A stretch of 64,000 nucleotides of DNA from contig JACPKP010000003.1 in assembly GCA_016186955.1 (NCBI GenBank), positions 258,290 through 322,289 on the forward strand, written 5' to 3'. Position 1 is the stretch's first letter; each line of letters starts with the position of its first letter. The DNA is from Candidatus Daviesbacteria bacterium. Lineage in GTDB: Bacteria; Patescibacteriota; Microgenomatia; Daviesbacterales; UBA10151. Positions 36,172 through 46,614 of this stretch are shown piece by piece. The notes below the pieces were generated by a model. It had not been told where the DNA came from. It was given only the letters and a program-made list of their open reading frames with translations, and did no database searches. The position numbers and the translations under genes were made by a program.

Positions 36172-37002
36172 ATGCCCGCAGAAAAAAAACATCATTACAG
36201 CTTTGTAAAAATTTTTATTGTCATACTTTCTTTAATTGGTGTAGGCATAATGAGTTATCTAACCTATATCCATTATACCAACACCAGGTCTTTTTGCGAC
36301 TTGTCAGAGACTGTTTCCTGCGATGTTGTTACAACCAGCATCTATTCTGAAATTTTCGGGGTTCCGATATCAATCATGGGCTTGGGTTATTTCTTAACTG
36401 TTTTACTAATTATCTTGCTTAGCAAATCAAAAAAAGTGTTTCAGCTTATTTTCTTCCTGACCATATTAATGCTTATTCCATCACTTTATTTCTCAATCCT
36501 GGAAATTTTTGTCATTAAAGCCGTATGTATCCTTTGTGAAGCGTCAAAAACCTTGATGATATTAATACTTCTTAGCTCCTTTTTTGCGGCCAGAAAGATA
36601 ACCCCGGTTACTTTCAGAATTTTGGCGCCACTTATTATTACCGGGGTTGTGATGAGTTTTGTAATTTATTTTATGCAGACAGGCAGCGTGGTAAAAAAGG
36701 ATTACAGCAGCTTTGTGGCATGTTTGAATAAAAACGGGGTTGTTTATTACAAGTCTGTAAAATGCAATAATTGCAAAAGGCAGGAAAAACTTTTGGGCGA
36801 AGCATATAAAAAACTAAATTCAGTAGAATGTCACCCGGAAGGGCCTAATCCAAAACCGGAACTTTGCCTGGAAAAAAAGATCAGTAAAACCCCGACCTTT
36901 ATAATAGAAAAGAATGGTGTTGAGGGAAAAAGAGTGGAAGGGCTTCAACCCCTTGAAAAATTAGGCGCTTTTGGAGGTTGCCCATTGGAAGAGAAAAAAT
37001 AG
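36172..37002 (+). CDS. VKOR-family disulfide oxidoreductase fused to thioredoxin-like domain
   Basis: loop Cys pair FCDLSETVSCD, TM CxxC CILC, C-terminal CNNC Trx-like domain. Confidence 0.7.
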   Translation: MPAEKKHHYSFVKIFIVILSLIGVGIMSYLTYIHYTNTRSFCDLSETVSCDVVTTSIYSEIFGVPISIMGLGYFLTVLLIILLSKSKKVFQLIFFLTILMLIPSLYFSILEIFVIKAVCILCEASKTLMILILLSSFFAARKITPVTFRILAPLIITGVVMSFVIYFMQTGSVVKKDYSSFVACLNKNGVVYYKSVKCNNCKRQEKLLGEAYKKLNSVECHPEGPNPKPELCLEKKISKTPTFIIEKNGVEGKRVEGLQPLEKLGAFGGCPLEEKK

Positions 37003-37043
37003 CCCTTGCGTACTTAAGTTTGTTTGGTGTAATGTAAAAATAT

Positions 37044-37763
37044 ATGGAGGGACAAGGTTTGACTTTAGGACTGGTAATTGCTGCTGCTGTTGTAGACAGT
37101 ATTAACCCCTGTATGTTTGGGGTGTTAATTTTTCTCGTAGCATTTATGACGAGGGTATACAAAAGCCCCAAGAAAATGCTATTTTTTGGGCTACTTTATT
37201 CGGCAGTTGTTTATGTTACATACTTACTTTTGGGGTTTGGTATTTTAAAAACCGCTATCAGTTCCGGTTTATCCTCCATCTTTTACTGGATAGGCGCTTT
37301 AATAGCAATTTTTGCCGGGCTTTTGGAAATTAAGGATTATTTTTGGTATGGGAAAGGGCCCTCACTGCAGATTATTCCCGGCGGAGGGGAGAGGATTAAA
37401 TACTACACAAACCAGATAGAAAAAATGGAAAAGCGCCATCCTGCGCTTTTAGTGCTGACAACGGCAGTTTTGGGGGTATTTGTTGTAATGGTGGAATTAC
37501 CCTGCACAGGGGCCCCATATCTTGCAATTTTAGCCATGCTTTCCAAAGGTCTTTTTGCGGCCGCAGTTCCGTTCCTGCTTCTTTACAATTTTATATTTGT
37601 CATCCCACTTTTTATAATAATTGGAATCTCATATTTTGGGACCTCTTCGGATAAGCTTGAAAGCTGGAGAAAAGAGCACCGAGGGATTATGAGGCTTGGT
37701 ATAGGCCTTTTCCTGCTGCTGCTTGGATTTTATATGATCTATTCTCTAAATCCAATATTTTAA
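37044..37763 (+). CDS. CcdA/DsbD-family thiol-disulfide transporter
   Basis: conserved TM cysteines DSINPCMFG and ELPCTGAPY. Confidence 0.75.
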   Translation: MEGQGLTLGLVIAAAVVDSINPCMFGVLIFLVAFMTRVYKSPKKMLFFGLLYSAVVYVTYLLLGFGILKTAISSGLSSIFYWIGALIAIFAGLLEIKDYFWYGKGPSLQIIPGGGERIKYYTNQIEKMEKRHPALLVLTTAVLGVFVVMVELPCTGAPYLAILAMLSKGLFAAAVPFLLLYNFIFVIPLFIIIGISYFGTSSDKLESWRKEHRGIMRLGIGLFLLLLGFYMIYSLNPIF

Positions 37764-38273
37764 ATGAGTGAGTTTTTGGAAAAAATAATTGCCATACCTT
37801 TCTGGAGCAAATTTGCCGAAAGCCATGGTTTTTTGGCGATGCTGTCTCTGATCTTGTTTGGTGCATCACTGTCACTGTATTTTTTTTCCGATAAAATCAA
37901 ATCAGCGCTGATTTGGTTTAAAGTGGCAGTGACAGCTCTTTTTGTAGACATATTGTTGCTTGATATGTTCGGGTTAACTATTTATGTACCGTACAGGGCA
38001 GAGGGTGGGCCCAGAACATTGCTTAAAGCTTCCGCAGAAAATTCCTGGCTGCATAATATTGTTTTTGAACACAAAGAGTTTTTAGCATTTGCACCGTTGA
38101 TATTGACACTTATTGCCTGTTTAATAGTTTGGAAGCTTGGGGACTCTTTTTCTGATAAAGGTAAGGTTTATTGGCTTAGGAAAAGCGTATTATCTGCGCT
38201 ATTTTTATCACTTGTCTTTGTGCTGATAGTAGCAGGGGAGGCAGTACTGGTAACCAAAACAGCACCGCTTTAA
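37764..38273 (+). CDS. hypothetical membrane protein
   Basis: multiple TM helices. Confidence 0.4.
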   Translation: MSEFLEKIIAIPFWSKFAESHGFLAMLSLILFGASLSLYFFSDKIKSALIWFKVAVTALFVDILLLDMFGLTIYVPYRAEGGPRTLLKASAENSWLHNIVFEHKEFLAFAPLILTLIACLIVWKLGDSFSDKGKVYWLRKSVLSALFLSLVFVLIVAGEAVLVTKTAPL

Positions 38274-38278
38274 AACTC

Positions 38279-38605
38279 ATGGATAAAAAAATAATTGAGT
38301 CAAATTCAATAATTTATTCCTCAGGTACTGCCCTGACTTTTTTTTGGATTTTAAATATTTTTAAGGAAAGTTTCAATGTGGTAAAAGATTTTTTAAATTT
38401 CTATCCACCTGTTGGTCCGCTGCTGGGCCTTTTTTTATCATCATCTTTATTATTTATACTTTGTTTTGTTATCATCCCCACTTTTAAACCCATCAACCAG
38501 AAATTCTCGTTTATATTTTTATGGGTTTCTGCAGTTGTCTTTTGTTTGATGGTTTTCCCGCCCATCTCAGAACTATTCATAAAATTAATCAAAGAAAGCG
38601 GATGA
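38279..38605 (+). CDS. hypothetical membrane protein
   Basis: TM helices. Confidence 0.35.
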   Translation: MDKKIIESNSIIYSSGTALTFFWILNIFKESFNVVKDFLNFYPPVGPLLGLFLSSSLLFILCFVIIPTFKPINQKFSFIFLWVSAVVFCLMVFPPISELFIKLIKESG

Positions 38606-38612
38606 AAAACTC

Positions 38613-39071
38613 TTGAATAAATCTTTAATTCTGATTTTATTTGTGGTAGATTATATCTGGCTGAAAAGCAGCTTTGGGAAACTAACAGAGGGTAAATTTG
38701 TCGGCAGCTTGGCGCCTACCTTAACAAAATTTGCCAGTAATAACCCCTACCCCCCTGTTAAAGATTTCCTGCAAAATATTGCCATACCGAATAGCCAAAC
38801 TTTTGCCTACCTTACTATGTGGGGGGAAACGTTTGTAACGGTTGCATTACTTGTTTCCGCGTTGTTCCTATTTTTTAGTACTAAGGTAAACAAGTTAATG
38901 TTGTTGCTTTTGGTTCCAGCACTTTTCGTAGGTATGTTATTAAATCTGGTTTTTTGGCTTTCATCAGGTTGGGTTTCATCAGCAGCTGACGGTTTAAATA
39001 TGTTAATGTTTGTGGTAGAGGTTGTAGGCCTATTTTTAGCAGTAAGGATTTTGGTCAAGAAACCGAAATGA
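38613..39071 (+). CDS. hypothetical membrane protein (DoxX-like?)
   Basis: TM helices. Confidence 0.35.
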   Translation: MNKSLILILFVVDYIWLKSSFGKLTEGKFVGSLAPTLTKFASNNPYPPVKDFLQNIAIPNSQTFAYLTMWGETFVTVALLVSALFLFFSTKVNKLMLLLLVPALFVGMLLNLVFWLSSGWVSSAADGLNMLMFVVEVVGLFLAVRILVKKPK

Positions 39072-39184
39072 AAGCTTAGGTTTAATTTTGAGTGGTGGGA
39101 TAGTTATCAGCCTGTGGAACTTCATCAACCCCTCTGGATTTTAAGATTAAAGGAGTGTAATAATTACCTTGACTTAAAAGAAAA

Positions 39185-40138
39185 ATGGTATTTAGAAGAG
39201 GGGCAAAAAAACGTCTTGTGCGGCTTATATTTATTATTCTTGGTGTATTTTTGGTGTATTTTTTACTAAAACATTTTTTACCACAAAAACAGGAAAATCC
39301 ACCACAGTTAGTTGTCCCGGTTACCTCAAACAAGCAAAAATTAAACTTGCCGCTAGCAATTGGTAATCTCACCAATGACAAACTAAGACAAGAGATCGAG
39401 GAAGCATTAAAAGATACGAAAGGCACGTATGGGATTGTTGTTAAAAATTTGAAGACTGAAGAAAACTACCAACTAAATGAGCATAAAACTTTTCAAGTAG
39501 GAAGCCTTTACAAACTTTGGATTATGGCAACAGTCTTCAATAAAATCCAATCAGGGGTTTTAACGGGAGACGAGGAACTCAGTTCAAGTGTCGATGTTTT
39601 GAACGGAAAATTTAACATTGACCCGGATTTGGCAGAAATGACAGAAGGTACAATTACCCTGACTGTGGGCAGCGCATTAAAACAGATGATTACTATTTCC
39701 CACAACTATGCAGCGCTGCTTTTGACTGAAAAGATCCGGCTTTCCAATGTGGCGGCTTTTTTAAAAGAGCAAGATTTTAAAGAATCAAAGGTTGGGGTAA
39801 ATGGGGAAGCGCCAGTTTCTACACCTTTTGACATAGCTTCATTTTTTGAAAAATTATACAAAGGTAAGCTGGGAAATGCTGAAAGTACTGGAAAAATGCT
39901 TGAGCTTTTAAAACAACAAACGCTGAATAATAAACTTCCTAAGGGTTTGCCCCAGGGAATTGCAATAGCACATAAAACCGGTGAGTTAGGTTATTTTACC
40001 CACGATGCAGGCATAGTCTTTTCAGAAAAAGGGGATTATATAATAGTCATTTTATCCGAAAGTGATTATCCCCCCGGGGCAGAGGAGAGGATTGGGATGG
40101 TATCAAAAGCAGTGTATGAATACTTCCAAAAAAATTAA
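39185..40138 (+). CDS. class A beta-lactamase-like serine hydrolase
   Basis: SxxK GSLYK, SxN ISHN, KTG AHKTGELG. Confidence 0.7.
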   Translation: MVFRRGAKKRLVRLIFIILGVFLVYFLLKHFLPQKQENPPQLVVPVTSNKQKLNLPLAIGNLTNDKLRQEIEEALKDTKGTYGIVVKNLKTEENYQLNEHKTFQVGSLYKLWIMATVFNKIQSGVLTGDEELSSSVDVLNGKFNIDPDLAEMTEGTITLTVGSALKQMITISHNYAALLLTEKIRLSNVAAFLKEQDFKESKVGVNGEAPVSTPFDIASFFEKLYKGKLGNAESTGKMLELLKQQTLNNKLPKGLPQGIAIAHKTGELGYFTHDAGIVFSEKGDYIIVILSESDYPPGAEERIGMVSKAVYEYFQKN

Positions 40139-40186
40139 TTCCAACCGTACTTGTAATCCGTAAATATTAGTGGAATACTTTAAGTA

Positions 40187-41197
40187 ATGCTCAAAAACCA
40201 AAAAGGCCGTGCCTGCCCTGTCCGTCCGGCAGGCTGGCGGCAGGTAGGATTTGCTCCAATAATTTTGATAGTAGCTTTAGTAGTTTTAGTAGGAACTGGA
40301 GTATTTGTGTGGAGATCACAAAAGAATTCGACAACCCCATCTTCAACCCCGTCACCAACATTACCTACTAATATACCAGCAGAAGCCAAAACTTTGGTTC
40401 AACTAGCAATTAATGAAGCGGCCAAACAAGCTTTAGTAGATCCTAGCAAAGTGCAAATAATCAGTGTTGAAAAAATGGAGTGGTCAGATGGTAGTCTCGG
40501 TTGTCCTAAGCCTGGAATGGCGTATACCCAAGCCATAGTTTCTGGTTATTTGATTACCCTTGAGGTCACTGGCAGGCGTTTAGAGTATCACACAGACAAT
40601 GGCCAATTATTGGAACTTTGTAGTCAAAGCCAAACTTCAGATATTTCTAGTTGGAAAACATTTACTACCCCAGGAATAAATTCTGGCCTTATGCTTAAAT
40701 ACCCCCAAAATTGGTATTTTAAAGACTATGAACCGGCAACTCAAAAGGCTCACGCTCTTTACCAAAATGAACCATTTGATAGTCAAGATAATATTTCAAC
40801 CAAGGATGGCCTAATATTTGGAGAAATAAAAGTTATGACCACAGAAGCAATAAGAGGTTTAGAGTGGGCCAAGATCAAAGAACCAGAATTCTACAATCCT
40901 AATAGTGATTTTTGGTTAAAAGGAAGTGGTATAGGTGGCGGTCCTGGTTTCACTCAAGATATACCCACAGAAATCAAATTAGGCAGCAGACGAGCCATCC
41001 TACAAAGAACCTATCCTGATAAATCCTACGAATTTGTCTATCCTGACCAAATTACAAATAATTACTATGCTTATTTAGGAAATAGTTCAAATGAAGTTTT
41101 AATGATTTCTTTGACTTACGATCAGAAAAATCCAAAAGCAAAAAATGATTTAGATACTTTTGACCAAATCCTCTCCACCTTTAAATTCACAAATTGA
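40187..41197 (+). CDS. membrane-anchored hypothetical protein (336 aa) with GC-rich palindrome in N-terminal codons
   Basis: TM IILIVALVVLVGTGVFVW; true start may lie downstream of palindrome. Confidence 0.45.
   Translation: MLKNQKGRACPVRPAGWRQVGFAPIILIVALVVLVGTGVFVWRSQKNSTTPSSTPSPTLPTNIPAEAKTLVQLAINEAAKQALVDPSKVQIISVEKMEWSDGSLGCPKPGMAYTQAIVSGYLITLEVTGRRLEYHTDNGQLLELCSQSQTSDISSWKTFTTPGINSGLMLKYPQNWYFKDYEPATQKAHALYQNEPFDSQDNISTKDGLIFGEIKVMTTEAIRGLEWAKIKEPEFYNPNSDFWLKGSGIGGGPGFTQDIPTEIKLGSRRAILQRTYPDKSYEFVYPDQITNNYYAYLGNSSNEVLMISLTYDQKNPKAKNDLDTFDQILSTFKFTN
40205..40244. repeat. GC-rich palindromic element, second copy of cysS-type
   Basis: gtgcctgccctgtccgtccggcaggctggcggcagg. Confidence 0.85.
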
Positions 41198-41272
41198 AAA
41201 CTATGATTAAAAAACCTCTAATTCTCATTATAATTATCTTTTTTAGTACTATTTTACTGTCATTTCAGAAAA

Positions 41273-41362
41273 CCCCAGCTTTTTAAAGCTGGGGATGAAT
41301 GAAATTATGGATTCCCGCCTTCGCGGGAATGACAGGAAGATGCACCGCTTTTTAAAGCGGTG
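41273..41362. repeat. three consecutive hairpins in 535-bp non-coding region
   Basis: ccccagctttttaaagctgggg; tcccgccttcgcggga; caccgctttttaaagcggtg. Confidence 0.7.
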
Positions 41363-41735
41363 TAGATTCACTTTTGTATTTAGGGTTAAGACTAAGTTGT
41401 AATGCAGTTTTAATATTAAGAACCCATAAGGAGGGATACAAGATTAACTTAATTAACCAGTACCAATATAATGACCCTTATGAACCCATAAATTGTGGTT
41501 CAATACTTATGATTGCCACTGAGTAAACGTATCGGATTGAATGCTCCATTAATGGTATTTGAGTCTATGGCTTTACACACAAAGCATCATTAAATGCTAC
41601 AAGCATTGATGATAACAATGGAGGCAGAACTGAGCTTAACCAAGACGGGGAAGTTATTTAAGAAGTAAGCCCTTGAACTCCTTAAATTAAAATCCAATTG
41701 TTGACTGACTTGATAATAAAAGTGGTACTATTAAA

Positions 41736-42059
41736 TTGGTTATGGATAAGACAAAATCAACACACAAACCACTACTTACCTGGGTTTTGCTTTGGGTACT
41801 AGGAACCTTTTTAATCGGCACGAGGAATGACTTAAAATTACAAGGGTATCTTTCATCTCTTCAAGACACCATAATTGCAGATATATATTTTAATATATTA
41901 ACTATTCCAATTGTGTTGACTGTTTGGTTTGTAATTAAATTTGTCCTTAGGAAAATGGGTAAATCGCAGGTTCTTAATGGAAATAACGGAGTGAGAAATG
42001 CATTTATATTTTGGGTTGTTTTGTTCTCATTACTGTTTGGATGGGGTTTTATCGGCTAA
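41736..42059 (+). CDS. hypothetical membrane protein (107 aa)
   Basis: TM helices. Confidence 0.3.
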   Translation: MVMDKTKSTHKPLLTWVLLWVLGTFLIGTRNDLKLQGYLSSLQDTIIADIYFNILTIPIVLTVWFVIKFVLRKMGKSQVLNGNNGVRNAFIFWVVLFSLLFGWGFIG

Positions 42060-42606
42060 GATAATATTTATGGGAGAAAAGAAATTAGTAATCATTATAG
42101 TGGGTGCTTTAATTATTGGAGCTATATTATTAGTGACTCTTGTATTTCATAAAGAGTACACAGATTATGCACATTTCCAAATTACTGGTGCAGCAATGGC
42201 CCCGAACTTTGTTGAAGGTCAATCTTACCGTGTCGATACAAATATATATAAAACAGGCTCTCCTCAAAGAGGTGATGTTGTGGCTTTTAAGGATGTAAAG
42301 GATCCATCTAAAACATTTGCAAAAAGAATAGTAGGGTTGCCTGGAGAAAAAATAATGCTAAAGCAAGGTAAAATCTATATTAATGGTAAAGTCTTAGAAG
42401 AATCCTACCTTCAAGCAGGAACTATTTCAAATCCTGGAGAATTTCTACCAGCCGATAAAGAAGTAACAATTCCTCAGGAAAATTATTTCATAATGGGAGA
42501 TAACAGGGACTACAGCTCAGATTCTCGTATTTGGGGGTTTTTACCAAGAGAAAACATAGTTGGAAAGCTAACCGACTGCTATCAAAATTGTTCTCCTTCA
42601 AAATAA
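41998..42606 (+). CDS. lepB: signal peptidase I
   Basis: Ser box GAAMAP, KRIVGLPGE, GDNRDYSSDSRIWGF; likely start MGEKK ~42070. Confidence 0.8.
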   Translation: MHLYFGLFCSHYCLDGVLSAKIIFMGEKKLVIIIVGALIIGAILLVTLVFHKEYTDYAHFQITGAAMAPNFVEGQSYRVDTNIYKTGSPQRGDVVAFKDVKDPSKTFAKRIVGLPGEKIMLKQGKIYINGKVLEESYLQAGTISNPGEFLPADKEVTIPQENYFIMGDNRDYSSDSRIWGFLPRENIVGKLTDCYQNCSPSK

Positions 42607-42720
42607 ACCCTAAACTAGCTTTCAATTTGAACTAGCTTGACACCTTTTCTTTTAAACTCACCTTCTCCAAGTAATTTAGCTTAATAGAAAATTAACATTT
42701 GAAGTGATAGAGTTAATTTA

Positions 42721-43998
42721 ATGGTTCGACTACACTTACCACAAGTGACCAGTCAAAAAGGGTCCATAGCTGTTTTGATGATTATCTTACTTATTGCAGG
42801 GATAGCAGTGGGGACACTATTGGTAGAGCAAAGAACAAATTTTTTACCCCATGCCAAAGAACCAAAACCCAACCCTTCAGCAGCCACCAGGATTTGGAAG
42901 CCTGATTTTTTCCCGGTTGGGGTTTGGCTGCTTCTAAATGATATCAATAGCAATAATTTTCCCGGAATTGCCCAGGAATTTAAAGATAATGGTATAGATT
43001 TAATCCACTTAGTCTGGTTTAATAAAAATGAATTACCACTTTTAGATATTGCAGATAAAGTTGGGATAAATGTAGAAATAGACGAGCTTTACCTGGATGG
43101 TTCCTGGTGGAAAATTAAAGACCCCTCATTAATTACTTTAGAGAGAGCTAGAAGCTTAATTTATCCCGTAGTGGATCTTTATAAAACCCATCCTTCTGTT
43201 AAATCTTATTTTGTGGTGGATGAACCTGAAATTCAGTCTAATTATCTGCCCCAGTTAACCAAAAAAATAACTTTTGCCACTCAAGCTTTCCAGGAAAGAG
43301 ACCCTGCCCGTCCCGCCTATGTTAACAACCTTTCTCCATACTCTGTCAGGGAATATTCTACCAATACCGCCTCAGATATTTTATCAGCTGATATTTATAG
43401 CTATGATTATACTAAACAATCATGTACAGGCAGGGATAATTCCAGAGCCTCTTTCATAAATTCTATCAAAGCTTTTAATAATGCCCGGCCACAAACAAAA
43501 CCATTTTGGGTAATTTTGCAGGCCTTTTCTAATCCTACCTCCAGAATGCCTACTAAAAGTGAACTTAGGACTCAGCAGTGGATCTCAATAGGTGAGGGGG
43601 TTAAAGGCATTATCTGGTTTATCTATAATGGGGATTCTAATTTAACAGGTTTTAGTAATAATCCTGAAATAAAGCAAGAAATTTATAAACTGGCCAAAAG
43701 AATTGCTCCATTTAAACAGCTTTTATTAAGCTTAGAAAAGACCTCAAGCTTAAGTGACACCTCCTTAAGGTTTGATAAAGAACCAGGTTATTTAGGATAC
43801 TTAAAAGATAAGATTACAGGTAAACAATATGTAGTGCTGCTAAATCCAGATTGTAGAAGTAACAGCTTGCTCAAGGTTACAATTAGGGTCAGAAGATCAA
43901 CCCCCACTTTAAAAGATCTGGAAACAGGCCAAATTTATTCCTCAGGTGATCTTATCCCTTTTGAAGCCGGAGATGGCAGGATATTTGAGATTAATTAA
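42721..43998 (+). CDS. membrane-anchored hypothetical protein, possibly TIM-barrel glycosidase-like
   Basis: signal anchor; YFVVDEPE resembles GH-A acid/base region; weak. Confidence 0.35.
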   Translation: MVRLHLPQVTSQKGSIAVLMIILLIAGIAVGTLLVEQRTNFLPHAKEPKPNPSAATRIWKPDFFPVGVWLLLNDINSNNFPGIAQEFKDNGIDLIHLVWFNKNELPLLDIADKVGINVEIDELYLDGSWWKIKDPSLITLERARSLIYPVVDLYKTHPSVKSYFVVDEPEIQSNYLPQLTKKITFATQAFQERDPARPAYVNNLSPYSVREYSTNTASDILSADIYSYDYTKQSCTGRDNSRASFINSIKAFNNARPQTKPFWVILQAFSNPTSRMPTKSELRTQQWISIGEGVKGIIWFIYNGDSNLTGFSNNPEIKQEIYKLAKRIAPFKQLLLSLEKTSSLSDTSLRFDKEPGYLGYLKDKITGKQYVVLLNPDCRSNSLLKVTIRVRRSTPTLKDLETGQIYSSGDLIPFEAGDGRIFEIN

Positions 43999-44043
43999 TT
44001 TTTTTTGTATGCTGGTAGTTGAAGGATATTTTTAAAATCTGCC

Positions 44044-45279
44044 GTGAAGACAAAAGTTTTAATGTTTGGCTGGGAGTTTCCGCCATATAACAGCGGGGGG
44101 TTGGGGACTGCCTGTTTTGGCCTGACTAAAGCCTTATCTTCAAAAAACATTGACATAGTCTTTGTTTTACCAAAACCCGTCAATATAAAATCCGACAAGA
44201 TCAAGATAAAATTCGCAGAGGATCAAGCCGGCATGACAATCAACCCCCAAGATTACCTTCTTGCCCCTTATAAAAGCCCGGATCAATATCAAAATGATAA
44301 GTTGCCCGGAAGAGAAAGTGTTTATGGAAATAGCCTGTTTGATGAAATTGGGCGGTACGGTAAAAATGCCCGGTTTATTGCAAAAGAGTATGAGTTTGAC
44401 ATTATTCACGCCCATGATTGGATGTCTTTTCCGGCCGGTATAGAAGCTAAAAAAGTTTCAGGAAAACCCCTGATAGTACATGTCCATTCAACGGAGATTG
44501 ACAGGACAGGTGGAAATAATATCAATTCGGAAATTTTCCGGATTGAAAAGACGGGGATGGAGACGGCTGATGCAGTGATTGCAGTCTCAAACCTGACCAA
44601 AAAAATAATCGTTGATAATTACCATATTAATCCTGGAAAAATTCATGTAGTGCATAATGGTATTGACGTTTATGATTATCCGTCCATTGATGCAGATAGT
44701 GCAGCGGTCATCAAACTTAAAGAGATGGGGAATAAAATTGTCCTGTTTGTCGGCAGGATTACTGTCCAGAAAGGCCCTGATTATTTCCTGAAGGCGGCAA
44801 AAAAAGTTTTGCAGTACAACAGGGATGTATTTTTTGTGATTGCCGGTTCAGGTGATATGGAACATCAGATTATCACCGAGGCTGCAGAGTTGGGCATCTC
44901 AGACCGGGTCCTGTTTGCCGGTTTTCTGCGCGGGGAAGAGTTAAATAAGGTTTACCGGATGGCAGACCTTTTTGTCATGCCTTCGGTTTCAGAGCCGTTT
45001 GGGATTACAGCTTTGGAGTCTGTAGTCAACGGTACGCCGGTTTTAGTCTCAAAACAATCCGGTGTCAAAGAGGTCTTAACCCATGTTTTGACAGCTGATT
45101 TTTGGGATACCGATGAAATGGCAAACAAAATTTTAGCAGTATTAAACTATAAATCATTGGAATTAACTTTAAAGGAAAATAGTATTGAGCAGGTCAAAAA
45201 CTTAAGCTGGCAGGAGACTGCCAGAAAATGCATTGATATCTACCGCCAAATTCTGGACAGCTATTTCTTGAGAGTATGA
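44044..45279 (+). CDS. glycogen/starch-synthase-like glycosyltransferase (GT4/GT5)
   Basis: N-terminal FGWEFPPYNSGGLG (KxGGL-like) and C-terminal EPFGITALESV..GTPVL. Confidence 0.65.
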   Translation: MKTKVLMFGWEFPPYNSGGLGTACFGLTKALSSKNIDIVFVLPKPVNIKSDKIKIKFAEDQAGMTINPQDYLLAPYKSPDQYQNDKLPGRESVYGNSLFDEIGRYGKNARFIAKEYEFDIIHAHDWMSFPAGIEAKKVSGKPLIVHVHSTEIDRTGGNNINSEIFRIEKTGMETADAVIAVSNLTKKIIVDNYHINPGKIHVVHNGIDVYDYPSIDADSAAVIKLKEMGNKIVLFVGRITVQKGPDYFLKAAKKVLQYNRDVFFVIAGSGDMEHQIITEAAELGISDRVLFAGFLRGEELNKVYRMADLFVMPSVSEPFGITALESVVNGTPVLVSKQSGVKEVLTHVLTADFWDTDEMANKILAVLNYKSLELTLKENSIEQVKNLSWQETARKCIDIYRQILDSYFLRV

Positions 45280-45363
45280 GCATCCTGCTACTTGTTAGAA
45301 AAACTTAAAGACTCTACAATGGTTTTAGGCCCGGGGAAAGGGTTTAAAAAGAGTACTTAAAAT

Positions 45364-46614
45364 ATGCCCAAAGTTTGTTGTTACTTTCAAGTTCATCAAC
45401 CCTTAAGGATAAAAAAATACAGAATATTTAATATCGGGGTTGATGGGGACTACTTTGATGATAGTTCCGAATCTGATTTAAACAACAGGAGGGTATTTGA
45501 AAAAGTTGCCGGGAAATGCTATTTTCCGGCCAATGCCATAATCCTGGAACTTTTAAAGCAGTATCCGCAATTTAAGGCCAGCTTCTCACTCTCAGGAGTA
45601 TTTTTAGGGCAAGCGGAAAAATTCTCACCGCAACTTATTGAGTCATTTAAGGCTTTGGTTGATACCGGTCGGGTTGAGCTCTTGAGTGAAACTTCGCATC
45701 ATTCTCTAAGTTTTATCTATTCTCCGGCAGAATTCCGCCGTCAAATCCAGCTCCACCGCCGGAAAATAAAAGAGCTTTTTGGGGTTGAACCTAAAGTTTT
45801 CCGCAATACTGAGCTTATTTTCAATAACAATCTGGCAAATGAAGTTGAAGGGTTGGGTTTTGGGGGAATTTTGGCAGAAGGTGCAGACCATATTTTGGGA
45901 TGGAGGAGCCCCAACTTTGTCTATAAAACTAAAGGCGCTAAAAATATCAAAACACTTTTAAAAAATTACAGGTTATCGGATGATATTGCTTTCAGGTTTT
46001 CCTCTAAAGATTGGTCAGAGTATCCACTGACAGCCCCCAAATTTGCAAACTGGATTTCCGCAATAAACGGGAATGGGCAAATAGTCAACCTTTTTTTAGA
46101 CTATGAAACCTTTGGAGAACACCAATGGGAAGACACCGGGATATTTGAATTTTTAAAAAGTTTACCCGGTGAGATTTTAAAAAATCCCGGTAACAGTTTT
46201 ATAACACCATCAGAGGCGGTATCGGAGCTTGAACCCGTTGGAGAGATTGATGTGCCGCAATTTACTTCCTGGGCGGATACAGAAAGGGATTTATCCGCCT
46301 GGGTTTCCAACCCGATCCAAAAGGATGCGTTATCAAAATTATATGCCCTTGAGAACCTATTGACGGAACTGGATAACCCGGAACTTTTGGAGGATTGGAG
46401 GAAGCTTACCACCTCTGACCACTTCTACTATATGTGTACAAAATGGTTTTCGGATGGGGATGTGCACAAATACTTTAACCCTTATGAGACTCCATATGAA
46501 GCGTTTATATCTTTTATGAATGTTTTAACAGACTTGGAACTGCGTGCTAAAAATCAGAAAAAAGCCCGGCAGGCGCATGTTGAAAAAATCAGGCAGGAGC
46601 TAAAATATGCCTAA
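45364..46614 (+). CDS. GH57-family alpha-glucan enzyme
   Basis: N-terminal CCYFQVHQPLR and overall GH57 pattern. Confidence 0.7.
   Translation: MPKVCCYFQVHQPLRIKKYRIFNIGVDGDYFDDSSESDLNNRRVFEKVAGKCYFPANAIILELLKQYPQFKASFSLSGVFLGQAEKFSPQLIESFKALVDTGRVELLSETSHHSLSFIYSPAEFRRQIQLHRRKIKELFGVEPKVFRNTELIFNNNLANEVEGLGFGGILAEGADHILGWRSPNFVYKTKGAKNIKTLLKNYRLSDDIAFRFSSKDWSEYPLTAPKFANWISAINGNGQIVNLFLDYETFGEHQWEDTGIFEFLKSLPGEILKNPGNSFITPSEAVSELEPVGEIDVPQFTSWADTERDLSAWVSNPIQKDALSKLYALENLLTELDNPELLEDWRKLTTSDHFYYMCTKWFSDGDVHKYFNPYETPYEAFISFMNVLTDLELRAKNQKKARQAHVEKIRQELKYA

Noticed and set aside
39082-39426. 114-aa minus-strand ORF overlapping the beta-lactamase-like gene start
   Set aside because: Overlaps a well-supported plus-strand gene and an upstream membrane gene; Cys/Phe-rich junk composition.
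41198-41735. Possible oriC (AT-rich, ORF-free)
   Set aside because: No DnaA-box (TTATCCACA) clusters and no dnaA/dnaN nearby; kept only as candidate ncRNA or regulatory region.
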